Origin: a bacterium | GTDB lineage: Bacteria; Patescibacteriota; Dojkabacteria; JAKAPS01; JAJZLI01 | Reading direction: 5' to 3' | Length of the DNA stretch: 64,000 bases | Assembly (NCBI GenBank): GCA_021791275.1 | Contig: JAJYWX010000001.1 | Location: forward strand, 1,113 to 65,112 | Part shown: positions 32,386 through 42,680 of the stretch, one piece after another | How positions within the stretch are numbered: the first letter of the stretch is position 1 | Layout: each line of letters starts with the position of its first letter | Notes under the pieces: generated by a model | Database searches by the model: none | Told to the model about the DNA's origin: nothing | Seen by the model: only the letters and a program-made list of their open reading frames with translations | Position numbers and translations under genes: made by a program

Positions 32386-34239
32386 TTAATGATTACTAAA
32401 ATACCAGTTCATGAAATTTTTTACAACCTCTGCTGAATATGTACTAAGACCACCATTCTCTTCAAAAACAACCATAGCTATCTGAGGATTTTTAGATGGA
32501 GCAAATGAAGACATCCATGAATGAGAATGGTTATATCTATCACCTGATGTAGCTACATTTTCTACACCAAATTGAGCTGTTCCACTTTTTCCTGAATTAT
32601 CTGCAATTGTACTCTTCGCAGCAATATCTATCCCATCTTGGACTGCCATATACATACCTTGTTTTATAACATCTAAGTTTTTTGGGGAAACAAAACCTTC
32701 TCTTATTATTTTAGGTTTATATGTCTTTACCAACTTTCCTTGATAATTATATATATTCTTTATTATAGTAGGTTGCATTAATTTACCACCATTTGCTATA
32801 GCACTTATCCAATTAACAACTTGTATTGGAGTCACTTCTGTATATCCTTGACCTATGGCAGAATTTAGTAAATCCCCTGGAAGCCAAGATTGTCCAGTAA
32901 TTTCATATTTAGTTTTAGGATCAGCTATTATACCACTTACTTCCCCAGGAAGTTGTATATTCGTTTTTTGCCCTAATCCAAAATATTTTTCAAATTTAAC
33001 AAAATTATTTATCCCTATTTTCAATGCAGATTTAAAGGCAAAGACATTAATAGAATATTGTAAACATTTAACAATATCAGCAGATCCCCAATTAATTTTT
33101 GCATAGTTCTGAAAGGTTGTTCCATCATAAGTAAAGGTGCCAGGGACAGTAAAAACAGTATTTGGAGTAATTGCACCAGTCTGTAAACCAGCAGATAACA
33201 ATATAGTCTTCATTATTGATCCAACTGGTTGTTGCTCCGATATAGTACGATTTAAAAGTGGTGTATCAGGATTATTTAATAATTTATCATACTCAGTAGT
33301 ACTTATACCTGCCCCCTCAAAATCATTATTATTAAATGTAGGGTAACTAACCATCCCTAATATTTGTCCAGTATTTACATTTTCAACTATTGCCGCTGCA
33401 CCTGTAACATGATTAGGATTTGTTTTTATACTTTGTATAAGTAATTTCTGTAATTCACTTTGAATTCTTTCACTAATTGTTAATTGTATATTATCTCCAG
33501 GAACTGGCTGCTTCTCACCAAATTGGCTAACAACATTACCATAAGTGTTAATTTCATTTATTGTATATCCATCTTTGCCAGTTAAGTATTTATTCATACT
33601 CTCTTCAACTCCATACCTCCCAACAATATCAAATGGACTAACATTTTTTTCAGATAATAATTGTTGTTCACTTATTGGTCCTGTATAACCAATAATATGA
33701 GAAAATAAATTATTAAATTTAAATTTAATATATGAGTTGTCATTTACATTAACACCTTTAAGTCTAGAATCTGAAGAAATTAATATATCATTTTCCTTGC
33801 TAATATTTGTATCTATAGGTATTTCTACATAACCATTTTTCTTCCCAGTTTGTATTAATCTTGAAATCTTACTTTCTTTCATTCCTAATATTGGAGAGAG
33901 TATATTTATATCAGTATTAATCTGGTTCTCATTCAAATTTGAAATATTTATATAAACATTAAAGGATGGAACATTATATGAAAGTTGTTTCATGCCATTA
34001 CTGAATATTACCCCTCTAGGAGCAACAACAGTTTGAGTAATTAATTCATTATTCAAAGCAAGTTTATTATACTTATTATGATTTAATATTGATATATATA
34101 ATATATATAATAAAAAAATAATAAATATAAAAAAAATTATATATTTATAGAACTTAACAACAAAGTTTATATTTAGACTTTTATGGTCTCCATCGCCAGG
34201 AAATGTATTTAAATCTGAAATATCATCTATATTATTCAT
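32386..34239 (-). CDS. mrdA: Penicillin-binding protein 2
   Basis: One TM helix, APRG, SIMK (SxxK), SIN (SxN), KSG; follows mreBCD. Confidence 0.92.
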   Translation of the reverse strand: MNNIDDISDLNTFPGDGDHKSLNINFVVKFYKYIIFFIFIIFLLYILYISILNHNKYNKLALNNELITQTVVAPRGVIFSNGMKQLSYNVPSFNVYINISNLNENQINTDINILSPILGMKESKISRLIQTGKKNGYVEIPIDTNISKENDILISSDSRLKGVNVNDNSYIKFKFNNLFSHIIGYTGPISEQQLLSEKNVSPFDIVGRYGVEESMNKYLTGKDGYTINEINTYGNVVSQFGEKQPVPGDNIQLTISERIQSELQKLLIQSIKTNPNHVTGAAAIVENVNTGQILGMVSYPTFNNNDFEGAGISTTEYDKLLNNPDTPLLNRTISEQQPVGSIMKTILLSAGLQTGAITPNTVFTVPGTFTYDGTTFQNYAKINWGSADIVKCLQYSINVFAFKSALKIGINNFVKFEKYFGLGQKTNIQLPGEVSGIIADPKTKYEITGQSWLPGDLLNSAIGQGYTEVTPIQVVNWISAIANGGKLMQPTIIKNIYNYQGKLVKTYKPKIIREGFVSPKNLDVIKQGMYMAVQDGIDIAAKSTIADNSGKSGTAQFGVENVATSGDRYNHSHSWMSSFAPSKNPQIAMVVFEENGGLSTYSAEVVKNFMNWYFSNH

Positions 34240-34241
34240 AA

Positions 34242-34739
34242 TTAAATATCTATCTTATACGCATTATCTCTATATTTTTTCTTAGAATAGAATAAATATA
34301 ATATTGAAGCATCTAATAAAATAACTATTATACAATAAATTATTAAACCAAAATTAATTTTGGAGAAAATACCAAATGAATAAGAATATATTATAAATAA
34401 TATATTAAAAATCAAACTTACAAATAAATACCCTAAAAAAGAAAGTATCTTCGTTGCTCTTAAATTTGAGAAAATATATATTACAAAAACTGGAATAAAG
34501 AAAATAATACTTGTAGAACCTATAGGTTTTAATAGATATAAATCTGTAATTACACCAAATATAAACGTTATTAAAAATACATATTTCCTTATTTTTTCAA
34601 AAAAATATAAAATTATTAGTAATACATATATTAAATTGAAAAGGATAATTGAGGTATATATCAAACTCAATATACCGCTGCTAAAAAGTGCTAATATTAT
34701 TAGCAATATAATATATGTCGCAAATAGAGTCTTATCCAT
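34242..34739 (-). CDS. mreD: MreD-like polytopic membrane protein
   Basis: About 5 TM helices, FGVITDLY..PIG; between mreC and pbp2. Confidence 0.75.
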   Translation of the reverse strand: MDKTLFATYIILLIILALFSSGILSLIYTSIILFNLIYVLLIILYFFEKIRKYVFLITFIFGVITDLYLLKPIGSTSIIFFIPVFVIYIFSNLRATKILSFLGYLFVSLIFNILFIIYSYSFGIFSKINFGLIIYCIIVILLDASILYLFYSKKKYRDNAYKIDI

Positions 34740-35532
34740 ATTTTAATACGAAAACAGAATTTAAGTTATTAATATTAATAGCAGAATCAACACTTACAAC
34801 TTTAAATAAACTACTACTAGGACCATTTATTCCATTTATATAACCAATTATCAAATTTTTAGGCAAAGTCCCATTTAATCCAGAAGTTAAGACAATATCT
34901 CCAATGTGTACATTATCCAACTGAGTAATATCTTCCAACACTAGTCCACTAGAAAGACTTCCACTTAGTATTGCATTATTTTTATTAACAATAACAGGAA
35001 TATTTGTATTTATATTAGATATTAATCTAACTTTAGAATAATTATTATACGTTTTTGAAATTGTACCTACTAAATAATTCTTAAATATAACTGGATCGCC
35101 AACCTGAACACCCTGAGAAACGCCAGTATTTATATATGTGTAACCAAAAGTATTATTAAAATACATTATTTGAGAATAAATATAAGTACTTTTATTTTTC
35201 GAAGGAATATACCCTAACTGTTTTTTTAGAGCAATATTTTCATTTTTATATAAATTCAATTGAAATTCTAAAGATTTATATTTATATATACTATCCTCTA
35301 AGCTAGCATTTTTCCTTTCTATTGAATTTATATTATTTAAAGCACTTAAAAAGGTTCCTAAATTATAAGAAAATGATTCAGTTGAGACTCTCACTGGGGT
35401 TATAATTGGATCAAAAAAATTATATAGATATGCAAACCTAATTGTAAATAAGATTAGAAGTATATCTAATAATATATAGATAAAAAGACTATTAAAAAAT
35501 ATACCCTTATTATTTTTTTTTACCTTAACCAT
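34732..35532 (-). CDS. mreC: Rod shape protein MreC
   Basis: TM helix + coiled coil, INTG, LVG, GDIVLTSG. Confidence 0.92.
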   Translation of the reverse strand: MVKVKKNNKGIFFNSLFIYILLDILLILFTIRFAYLYNFFDPIITPVRVSTESFSYNLGTFLSALNNINSIERKNASLEDSIYKYKSLEFQLNLYKNENIALKKQLGYIPSKNKSTYIYSQIMYFNNTFGYTYINTGVSQGVQVGDPVIFKNYLVGTISKTYNNYSKVRLISNINTNIPVIVNKNNAILSGSLSSGLVLEDITQLDNVHIGDIVLTSGLNGTLPKNLIIGYINGINGPSSSLFKVVSVDSAININNLNSVFVLKYG

Positions 35533-35535
35533 ATT

Positions 35536-36594
35536 TTATACATATGTATCTGAATCAGAAGAATTAATTGATTTCAATAAATCTATATCTTCTAAAATTT
35601 TAGCAGTACCTATAACAACGCTTTTAAGTGGATCATCTGCAACTACAAAAGGTACTTTTATTTTTTCTGAAAATAATTTTTTTATCCCACGGATAAGTGC
35701 TCCTCCTCCAGTAATATAAATTCCCCTTTCTGTTATATCAGAAACTAATTCTGGTGGAGTTTCTTCTAATGCATCATATATTGCTTCAATTATTATATTT
35801 AAGGAATTACTCATAGCTTCCCTTACTTCAGCCTCAGATATTGTTACTACCTTTGGCAAACCCAATAATATATCCCTACCTTTTATCTCAATTTTTTTGT
35901 TCTCTTTCCCCGGATATGCATTTCCTAAATTTATCTTTATTTTTTCAGCAGAAGTTTCTCCTATAAGCAGATTATATTTACCACGAACATAATTTATTAT
36001 ATCGTGAGTCAATTCATCTCCAGCTACCCTAATAGATTTGTCTACAACTATACCACCTAATGATATAACTGCAATATCTGAAGTTCCTCCACCTATATCT
36101 ACAATAAAGGATCCGGTAGCTTCAGTTATAGGTAGATCACAACCAATTGCAGCTGCCATTGGCTCTTCTATCAAATAAACATTTCTTGCTCCTGCTGAAA
36201 TTGCAGCATCTATGACTGCCTTCCTTTCTACCTCTGTTATGGCAGAAGGAATACCAATAACAACCCTAGGCCTAGCTATTTTGAAAAATTTTTGAGAATC
36301 TTTGTGTACTTTTTCTATGAAATAATGTATCATTTCCTTTGTAGACTCGAAATCTGATATCACCCCATCTTTTAAAGGCCTTATAGCTATAATAGATGCA
36401 GGAGTCCTTCCTAACATTTTTTGAGCATCATAACCAACAGAAAGAATTTCCTTGGTTTTAGTATTCATTGCAACAACAGAAGGTTCAGAAATACTAACAC
36501 CTTGATTTCTTACAAAAATTAAAGTATTAGCAGTACCTAAATCGATGCCTATATCAAAAGTAAAAATGTTCCAAAAAAAATCTGAAAATGCCAT
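35536..36594 (-). CDS. mreB: Rod shape protein MreB
   Basis: IDLGTANT, EPSVVA, IEEPMAAAIG, VDIGGGT, TPPEL. Confidence 0.97.
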   Translation of the reverse strand: MAFSDFFWNIFTFDIGIDLGTANTLIFVRNQGVSISEPSVVAMNTKTKEILSVGYDAQKMLGRTPASIIAIRPLKDGVISDFESTKEMIHYFIEKVHKDSQKFFKIARPRVVIGIPSAITEVERKAVIDAAISAGARNVYLIEEPMAAAIGCDLPITEATGSFIVDIGGGTSDIAVISLGGIVVDKSIRVAGDELTHDIINYVRGKYNLLIGETSAEKIKINLGNAYPGKENKKIEIKGRDILLGLPKVVTISEAEVREAMSNSLNIIIEAIYDALEETPPELVSDITERGIYITGGGALIRGIKKLFSEKIKVPFVVADDPLKSVVIGTAKILEDIDLLKSINSSDSDTYV

Positions 36595-36847
36595 AATATA
36601 TATAAATAATGCGATAACATTGTAACATTAAACTGAAAGATAGTAAAATGTTCGAGCTAGCTTATGAAAAAGTTTACCGAGGGTATAATCATTAGATCAT
36701 AGAAGTGTTACCATACTCCTTAAATAATTTTATCTAAGGGAAATGATATAGATAGTAAAACTTTTATCTTATTACATACAAATTAAAAGAGAAAATATAT
36801 GATGATTCAGATAAACTATTAAGGTGGAAATATTATCAATTCTTAAT

Positions 36848-37567
36848 TTAAAATATTATAGATTTTAATATTAAATTTAGGGTTTGATTTATTGTGGAAG
36901 ATGGGAAATTAGATACTAAAGATATATTAGGCAGTATAAAACTTATAAATATCGTATGGTTTCCTATATTAATAGTTGCTGGGGATACAATACTCTTAAA
37001 AGTTGTTCCAGACTGATCTTTTATAGAGGAAGGCAATGCACCGCCTATTTCTATATTAGAAAAAGATGTTATACATGTATTATTGACAACTTCATATTGA
37101 AATCCCATTTGGGTTTCACATCCTAAAGTCTTACTATTTATGTAATATTTATAATAAGAGGTAGAGTTGATATTTATAATTGAATTTTTTGCAATTATTT
37201 GTTCTCCTCCTGATGCAAATGTCAAAGTAGATATTTCTGAATATTGAAATTTATATCCATTAGGAGATGTTGCTGTTATAACATCTGTATTATTTTGTGT
37301 ATTCGAACTAATTACCCAGCTTGAAGGATATTTAAAAGAATAACCATAAGTGGGGTTAGTATAAGTTAACCAACCTTTATATGGATTAACAACTGTATTT
37401 GTCTTTGGAGTTGTGTTCTTTAAAGTTACTGTACTTGTTGAAGATTTTTTAAAAGCAATGATATAAAATATTAATCCTAGAGTTATAAGAAGAAGTAATA
37501 ACAATATAAGCATTGTATCCACTTGCCATCTTTTAATACCACCAGTATTATCTGTATTCTTTTCCAT
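36848..37567 (-). CDS. Membrane-anchored extracellular protein, PsbP-like
   Basis: One TM helix, Ser/Thr linker, GWLTYTNPTYGYSFKYPSSW motif of the kind common in CPR surface proteins. Confidence 0.65.
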   Translation of the reverse strand: MEKNTDNTGGIKRWQVDTMLILLLLLLITLGLIFYIIAFKKSSTSTVTLKNTTPKTNTVVNPYKGWLTYTNPTYGYSFKYPSSWVISSNTQNNTDVITATSPNGYKFQYSEISTLTFASGGEQIIAKNSIININSTSYYKYYINSKTLGCETQMGFQYEVVNNTCITSFSNIEIGGALPSSIKDQSGTTFKSIVSPATINIGNHTIFISFILPNISLVSNFPSSTINQTLNLILKSIIF

Positions 37568-37898
37568 TTATTTATACTATTATAAACTTTAGAATTTAAG
37601 AATACAACTAACTGGGCAATAGTCGGAGCCACCCTGAGTCTGATGTATTTTCTAAATTATCACATATATTCAATCTATAAAGGCGTACTGATTGGCGAAA
37701 TCAGGAAAATCACTATTCCACTCTAGATATGATAAACTTAAAGGAAAGAATAGATAATAAATTAGAAGAACTATATAAAGTATCTAAGAAAAAAAGAACA
37801 AAAAATGAAAATAAATAATAAATTTAAAGTGTCTCCTGGGAACATTATTTTTGATTTAACCAAGCACTCTCGGGAGCATATCCATTTGATCTAATACG

Positions 37899-39860
37899 AT
37901 GTTTTATAAAGTATTTGTAAAAACTAAATTAAAAATTAACCAACCATTAATATACAAATATAACACTGATTTAGAAATTGGTGATATTGTACTTATTCCA
38001 TTAGGTAAAAATCATTCAATTGGTGTAATTGTTAATAAATTTAAAGAGAAACCCCAATTTCAATTTAAAATAAAAAATATAATAAAGAATTTAAATGATG
38101 ATTATATAAAATTAAATATAATAGAACTGAAGATCATCAAATATTTAATTCAAGAATATAATTCTACAGTAAATAATGTATTACAATTATATTTAACTCC
38201 TAGATTATTAGATATAAAAACTTCCCCCTATAAAAAGATAACTTCCGAAAACATAACATTAACTAATGAACAGACCCAAGTATTTAATAAAATAATAAAT
38301 GAAGAAAACATTAATAAGCATATACTCTTTGGTCGAACAGGAAGTGGTAAGACAGAAATATATATAAAATTAATTAAAGAATATATTAAAAATGGAAAAC
38401 AGGTATTATTATTAATCCCAGATATATCATTAACATCTCAAATATATTCTAAAATAGGCAATTCATTCGATAAAAATGAAATATCAGTAATACATAGTAA
38501 AATAAGTAAAAAAAATAGGATAAAAGAAAATAATCTAATTAGGACAGGTGAAAAAAAAATTATTATTGGAGCCAGATCTGCTATATTCTCACGATTTAAT
38601 AATCTTGGATTAATTATAATAGATGAATTTCAAGATACAAGCTTCAAACAAGAAAAGGATCCTAGATATGACTGTATTAAATTGGCAGAATATTTAACTA
38701 GTATTATAAAGGGAAAAATCCTATTGGGTAGTGCAACTCCAAGAATTGACATTTATTATAAATATCTAAATGATAAAAAAAATTGTTCAATATTAAAATT
38801 AAAACATAAATATTCTGAAGGCAAGAATCTTGATATTGATGTGAAAATCATTAACCTACAAGAAGATATTAATAAAAATAGAAATTTTATTTTATCTAAA
38901 GAATTAAAAGAATCACTATTAAATATGATAAGAGGAAAGGATAAAGCATTATTATATATTAATAGAAGAGGATTTTCTCCGATTGCTTTATGTAAAAAAT
39001 GTTTATACATCAATAAGTGTCCCAGATGCGAAATACCTTTAAATATACATCTAGAACAAAATAGATATGCTTTTATATGCCACCATTGTGAATTTAGAAA
39101 AATTGCGGATAATATAAATTGCCCTATTTGTAAGAATGATAATATAAAATTTTATGGATTTGGAACTCAAACTGTAAAGAAAGAAATTGATGAATTATTA
39201 ATTAAAAATAAAGTAAAATTAAATACCTTTATATTGGATAAAGACTCTAATAAAGATATCGGACTTTATGAAAAATTAAGTAATGTTGATATAATAATTG
39301 GAACTCAAATAATTACAAAAGGTTGGGACTTCGATAATGTTACACTAATAGGAATATTAAATGCTGACCTAGACTTTTCTTTTCCTGATTACAGAGGAAT
39401 TGAAGATTCTTATGAAAAATTTATACAAATAATAGGAAGAACAGGAAGAAAGAATAACATAGGAAAAGTTATTATACAAACATATAATTCAAATAATCCA
39501 CTTTTAGCAGATATTCAAAAAGAAGATTTTGAAGACTTTTTTAGTAAAGAAATTAAGTTCAGGAAGAGGTTTAAATATCCACCATTTTCTAAATTAATAA
39601 AAATAACAATCAAGTCAAAAAATGAAGATACTCTCAATAAAAAGGCCATTGATTTTTATAATAAAATATTAATGTTAAGAACAAATAATATTATTTATTA
39701 TCCCAATAATTCTTATCCTTATAAAAAAAATTATATCTATAGAAAAAATATAATAATTAAAATAATAGATGAAGAGGATAAGATGAAATACTTCCTTAGA
39801 AAAGAATTATCAAATGAAAAGGATATAGTTATAGATGTTGACCCTATAAATCTAAGTTAA
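37899..39860 (+). CDS. priA: Primosomal protein N'
   Basis: GRTGSGKTE, GSATP, four CxxC pairs, GRTGR. Confidence 0.95.
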   Translation: MFYKVFVKTKLKINQPLIYKYNTDLEIGDIVLIPLGKNHSIGVIVNKFKEKPQFQFKIKNIIKNLNDDYIKLNIIELKIIKYLIQEYNSTVNNVLQLYLTPRLLDIKTSPYKKITSENITLTNEQTQVFNKIINEENINKHILFGRTGSGKTEIYIKLIKEYIKNGKQVLLLIPDISLTSQIYSKIGNSFDKNEISVIHSKISKKNRIKENNLIRTGEKKIIIGARSAIFSRFNNLGLIIIDEFQDTSFKQEKDPRYDCIKLAEYLTSIIKGKILLGSATPRIDIYYKYLNDKKNCSILKLKHKYSEGKNLDIDVKIINLQEDINKNRNFILSKELKESLLNMIRGKDKALLYINRRGFSPIALCKKCLYINKCPRCEIPLNIHLEQNRYAFICHHCEFRKIADNINCPICKNDNIKFYGFGTQTVKKEIDELLIKNKVKLNTFILDKDSNKDIGLYEKLSNVDIIIGTQIITKGWDFDNVTLIGILNADLDFSFPDYRGIEDSYEKFIQIIGRTGRKNNIGKVIIQTYNSNNPLLADIQKEDFEDFFSKEIKFRKRFKYPPFSKLIKITIKSKNEDTLNKKAIDFYNKILMLRTNNIIYYPNNSYPYKKNYIYRKNIIIKIIDEEDKMKYFLRKELSNEKDIVIDVDPINLS

Positions 39861-40073
39861 TTACTTATTTCTTAATGTACGATAACATCTAGTACAAATC
39901 TTTATTTTTAATGAAGATTGGCTATCACCAATATTAACTCGAAGGTTCCTTAAATTTGGATAGGATTTGCTTTTAGTTTTAGGAGCTCTTTTAGCCCATC
40001 CACCACTTTGTTTATGGCTTATATTTGTAACCGTTATGTAGCCTTTACTACATATATCACAAGTTCTTGACAT
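39861..40073 (-). CDS. rpmB: 50S ribosomal protein L28
   Basis: MSRTCDIC..SH..PNL..ICTRC. Confidence 0.92.
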   Translation of the reverse strand: MSRTCDICSKGYITVTNISHKQSGGWAKRAPKTKSKSYPNLRNLRVNIGDSQSSLKIKICTRCYRTLRNK

Positions 40074-40125
40074 AGAATATTAAGATAAAGTAACAAATAG
40101 CTATGGTATAATAAAAAAAGTTTTT

Positions 40126-40758
40126 ATGCAAGGTCAAATAATACTCAACATTATACTTTTAGCTATTATTATAATAATTAGCATTTCCTTCCACGAGTTT
40201 AGCCACTCAATAATGGCATATATATTGGGAGATAGTACTGCAAAAGATCAAGGGAGATTAACACTGGATCCAACAAAACATATAACTATTTGGGGTTTAA
40301 TTTTTATGGTATTAACAGGATTTAGATTTGGATGGGGAAAACCCACACCGATTAATCCAAATAATTTAAAAAATAAATACTTATACATATTAATAATTGC
40401 TTTAGCAGGACCTATATCAAATATAATCCTTGCTCTATTTTTTGCATTACTATTAAAAATTAATATCTATGGAGATCTTACTAATTCAAAGATATTATAT
40501 ATTATAAACTACTTTATAATAATTAATGTAAGCTTAGCTATATTTAATCTAATACCAATACCACCACTAGATGGAGGGAACATATTAAATTTTATATTTA
40601 AAAAATCCTCAATAGAAGATTTCCTTTATAAATATGGTATATATATCCTTATAATAATGATATTACCTATAATCCCAATTAATGGATATGAATCATTAAT
40701 ACAAGTTATTATTACACCAATAATAAATTTCATATATACCATATTAATATTCCTGTAA
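40126..40758 (+). CDS. Site-2 protease (M50) family protein
   Basis: HEFSH, GDSTAKDQGRLTLDP, AGPISN, FNLIPIPPLDG. Confidence 0.93.
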   Translation: MQGQIILNIILLAIIIIISISFHEFSHSIMAYILGDSTAKDQGRLTLDPTKHITIWGLIFMVLTGFRFGWGKPTPINPNNLKNKYLYILIIALAGPISNIILALFFALLLKINIYGDLTNSKILYIINYFIIINVSLAIFNLIPIPPLDGGNILNFIFKKSSIEDFLYKYGIYILIIMILPIIPINGYESLIQVIITPIINFIYTILIFL

Positions 40759-40776
40759 AATTGATATAATCCTAAA

Positions 40777-40907
40777 GGGTTCATCAATTTAATAAAATTG
40801 ATTTAACAATTATATTTTTTAAAAAACAAATAATATATTTCTGTGGAAAATATTTGAGTTTTTATTTTTGGTTTTTTTATAAATCAATTTTTGTCCTTGG
40901 TGAACCC
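40777..40907 (+). ncRNA. Candidate 6S-like RNA (long rod with central bubble)
   Basis: TGATATAAT at 40762-40770; stems GGGTTCATCAA/TTGGTGAACCC and AAAATTGATTTA/TAAATCAATTTT; ~16x16-nt bubble; apical stem. Confidence 0.6.
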
Positions 40908-40919
40908 GTTTAGACTCAA

Positions 40920-40948
40920 TTGATAAAAATGACTTTATTATGTAAAAT
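40920..40948 (+). promoter_or_regulatory. Promoter of the tRNA cluster
   Basis: TTGATA-N17-TAAAAT, 17 nt before tRNA-Thr. Confidence 0.65.
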
Positions 40949-40965
40949 CAAATACTATTGATTGA

Positions 40966-41037
40966 GCCTTCTTAGCTCAGCGGTAGAGCAGCTGTTTTGT
41001 AAACAGCAGGTCGTCAGTTCGAATCTGACAGGAGGCT
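40966..41037 (+). tRNA. tRNA-Thr(TGT)
   Basis: Cloverleaf; GCTGT-TTTGTAA-ACAGC. Confidence 0.95.
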
Positions 41038-41049
41038 ATCAAGGCTTAT

Positions 41050-41133
41050 GCAGAGATGGCGGAGTGGACAATCGCGGCTGACTGTAAATCAGTTGCCATT
41101 ATGGCTACGGAGGTTCGAATCCTTCTCTCTGCA
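41050..41133 (+). tRNA. tRNA-Tyr(GTA)
   Basis: GCTGA-CTGTAAA-TCAGT, long variable arm. Confidence 0.95.
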
Positions 41134-41137
41134 TTAA

Positions 41138-41210
41138 GCCTAGGTAGCTCAGTTGGTAGAGCATTCCCATGGTAAGGGAAAGGTCAGCGGTTCAATCCCG
41201 CTTCTAGGCT
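41138..41210 (+). tRNA. tRNA-Thr(GGT)
   Basis: TTCCC-ATGGTAA-GGGAA. Confidence 0.94.
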
Positions 41211-41235
41211 TTTTTATTTTATAATGAATAATTAT

Positions 41236-41400
41236 ATGGCTGCAAAAGAAAATAGAAGATATATAAATTTTGAATGTACAGTATGTAAAGAGAAAAATTA
41301 TACATCTGAAAAAAATTTTGTAAATGATACTGAAAAAATAGAAATTTCGAAATTTTGCCCTAGGTGTAAAAAACATACTTTACATAAAGAAGTAAAATAA
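41236..41400 (+). CDS. rpmG: 50S ribosomal protein L33 (Zn-binding form)
   Basis: Hand-translated, 54 aa: MAAKENRRYINFECTVCKEKNYTSEKN...KFCPRCKKHTLHKEVK. Confidence 0.95.
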   Translation: MAAKENRRYINFECTVCKEKNYTSEKNFVNDTEKIEISKFCPRCKKHTLHKEVK

Positions 41401-41471
41401 GGGTTCATAGTTCAATGGTAGAACATTGGTCTCCAAAACCAATAATGGGGGTTCAATTCCCTCTGAACCTG
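41401..41471 (+). tRNA. tRNA-Trp(CCA)
   Basis: TTGGT-CTCCAAA-ACCAA; begins at the base after the rpmG stop. Confidence 0.94.
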
Positions 41472-41521
41472 GTTAATTATTGATATAATATAAAATATTT
41501 GATAACATCCATATATTACAA

Positions 41522-41698
41522 ATGAATTTATTTAAATTTTTAAAAGAAGTTTTTGTTGAACTAAAGAATACTAAGTGGTATACAGGAAGAGATTTATATA
41601 ATTCAACAATATTAATAATCATCTTATCTATTAGTATTAGTCTTATACTATTTGGTATTGATGTTTTATTTCAAAAGCTTTTACTATTAGTATTATGA
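41522..41698 (+). CDS. secE: Preprotein translocase subunit SecE
   Basis: Hand-translated, 58 aa: FLKEVFVELKNTKW + one TM helix ending FGID; ATGA overlap with nusG. Confidence 0.9.
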   Translation: MNLFKFLKEVFVELKNTKWYTGRDLYNSTILIIILSISISLILFGIDVLFQKLLLLVL

Positions 41699-42240
41699 AA
41701 AGTAAAGAAAGTAATAAAAATTTTAAATGGTATGCTGTAAATGTTTTTACATCACATGAAAAAAAGGTTGCATTAATAATTAAACAAAGAGCTGAGACAG
41801 CAAATCTAGGAGATAAAATTGAAGATATCGTTATCCCTACTCAAAATAAAACTGTTATAACAGATGGGAAAAAGAAACAAATTAAAGAAAAAATACTTCC
41901 AGGTTATATACTAATAAAAATGGATTTGGATAAAGATACTTGGCCAATAATTAGAGATACTCAAGGAGTTACAGGATTTGTTGGTTCAGGAAATAACCCA
42001 ACCCCTCTAGAAGAAAATGAAGTACAAGCAATACTTAAATTCATGGAATTAGAAACTCCTGCAATTCAAACTTCATTTAATGTTGGAGATGCTATAATGG
42101 TTACAGATGGTGCTTTCAAAGATTTTAATGGTAAAGTAAATGAGGTAAATGAAGAAAAAGGTAAAGTTAAGGTTTTAATCTCAATATTTGGGAGAGAAAC
42201 CCCAGTAGAACTAGATCTAATGCAAATAAAACTTATTTAA
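41695..42240 (+). CDS. nusG: Transcription factor NusG
   Basis: [26 protein letters not shown]. Confidence 0.98.
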   Translation: MKSKESNKNFKWYAVNVFTSHEKKVALIIKQRAETANLGDKIEDIVIPTQNKTVITDGKKKQIKEKILPGYILIKMDLDKDTWPIIRDTQGVTGFVGSGNNPTPLEENEVQAILKFMELETPAIQTSFNVGDAIMVTDGAFKDFNGKVNEVNEEKGKVKVLISIFGRETPVELDLMQIKLI

Positions 42241-42250
42241 ATTAACAAAT

Positions 42251-42676
42251 ATGCAAAAAAAATTAATTACACAAGTAAAATTACAAATAATGGCAGGAAA
42301 AGCTACCCCTACTCCGCCTATAGGTCCAGCACTAGGGCAACATGGAGTCAATATAATGGATTTCTGTAATCAATTTAATAATCAAACTAAAGATAAAGGA
42401 GATTTGATTTACCCAGTTGTAATAGATATATACGAAGATAGATCTTTTAAGTTTATTATAAAAACACCACCTGCAGCAATATTAATAAAAAAAGAGTTAA
42501 ATATAGAAAAAGGATCAAAAGAATCATTAAAAGAAAAAGTCGGGAAGTTAACAAAAGAACAGTTAAGAAGGATAGCTGAAATAAAACTTCCAGATTTAAA
42601 TACAAATGATATAGAAAAAGCACAAAAGATAATAGCTGGAACAGCTAGAAATATGGGAGTAACAATAGAAGATTAA
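42251..42676 (+). CDS. rplK: 50S ribosomal protein L11
   Basis: [18 protein letters not shown]. Confidence 0.98.
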   Translation: MQKKLITQVKLQIMAGKATPTPPIGPALGQHGVNIMDFCNQFNNQTKDKGDLIYPVVIDIYEDRSFKFIIKTPPAAILIKKELNIEKGSKESLKEKVGKLTKEQLRRIAEIKLPDLNTNDIEKAQKIIAGTARNMGVTIED

Positions 42677-42680
42677 AAAT

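Noticed and set aside
36600-36847. RNase P RNA or riboswitch upstream of mreB
   Set aside because: No GAGGAAAGUCC/P4 motifs or convincing stems, only short interrupted frames. Left unexplained, possibly a decayed gene.
41401-41471. Alternative genetic code (UGA=Gly/Trp)
   Set aside because: tRNA-Trp has a CCA anticodon, and TGA ends several conserved genes at their expected C-termini (rplA, fusA, secE).
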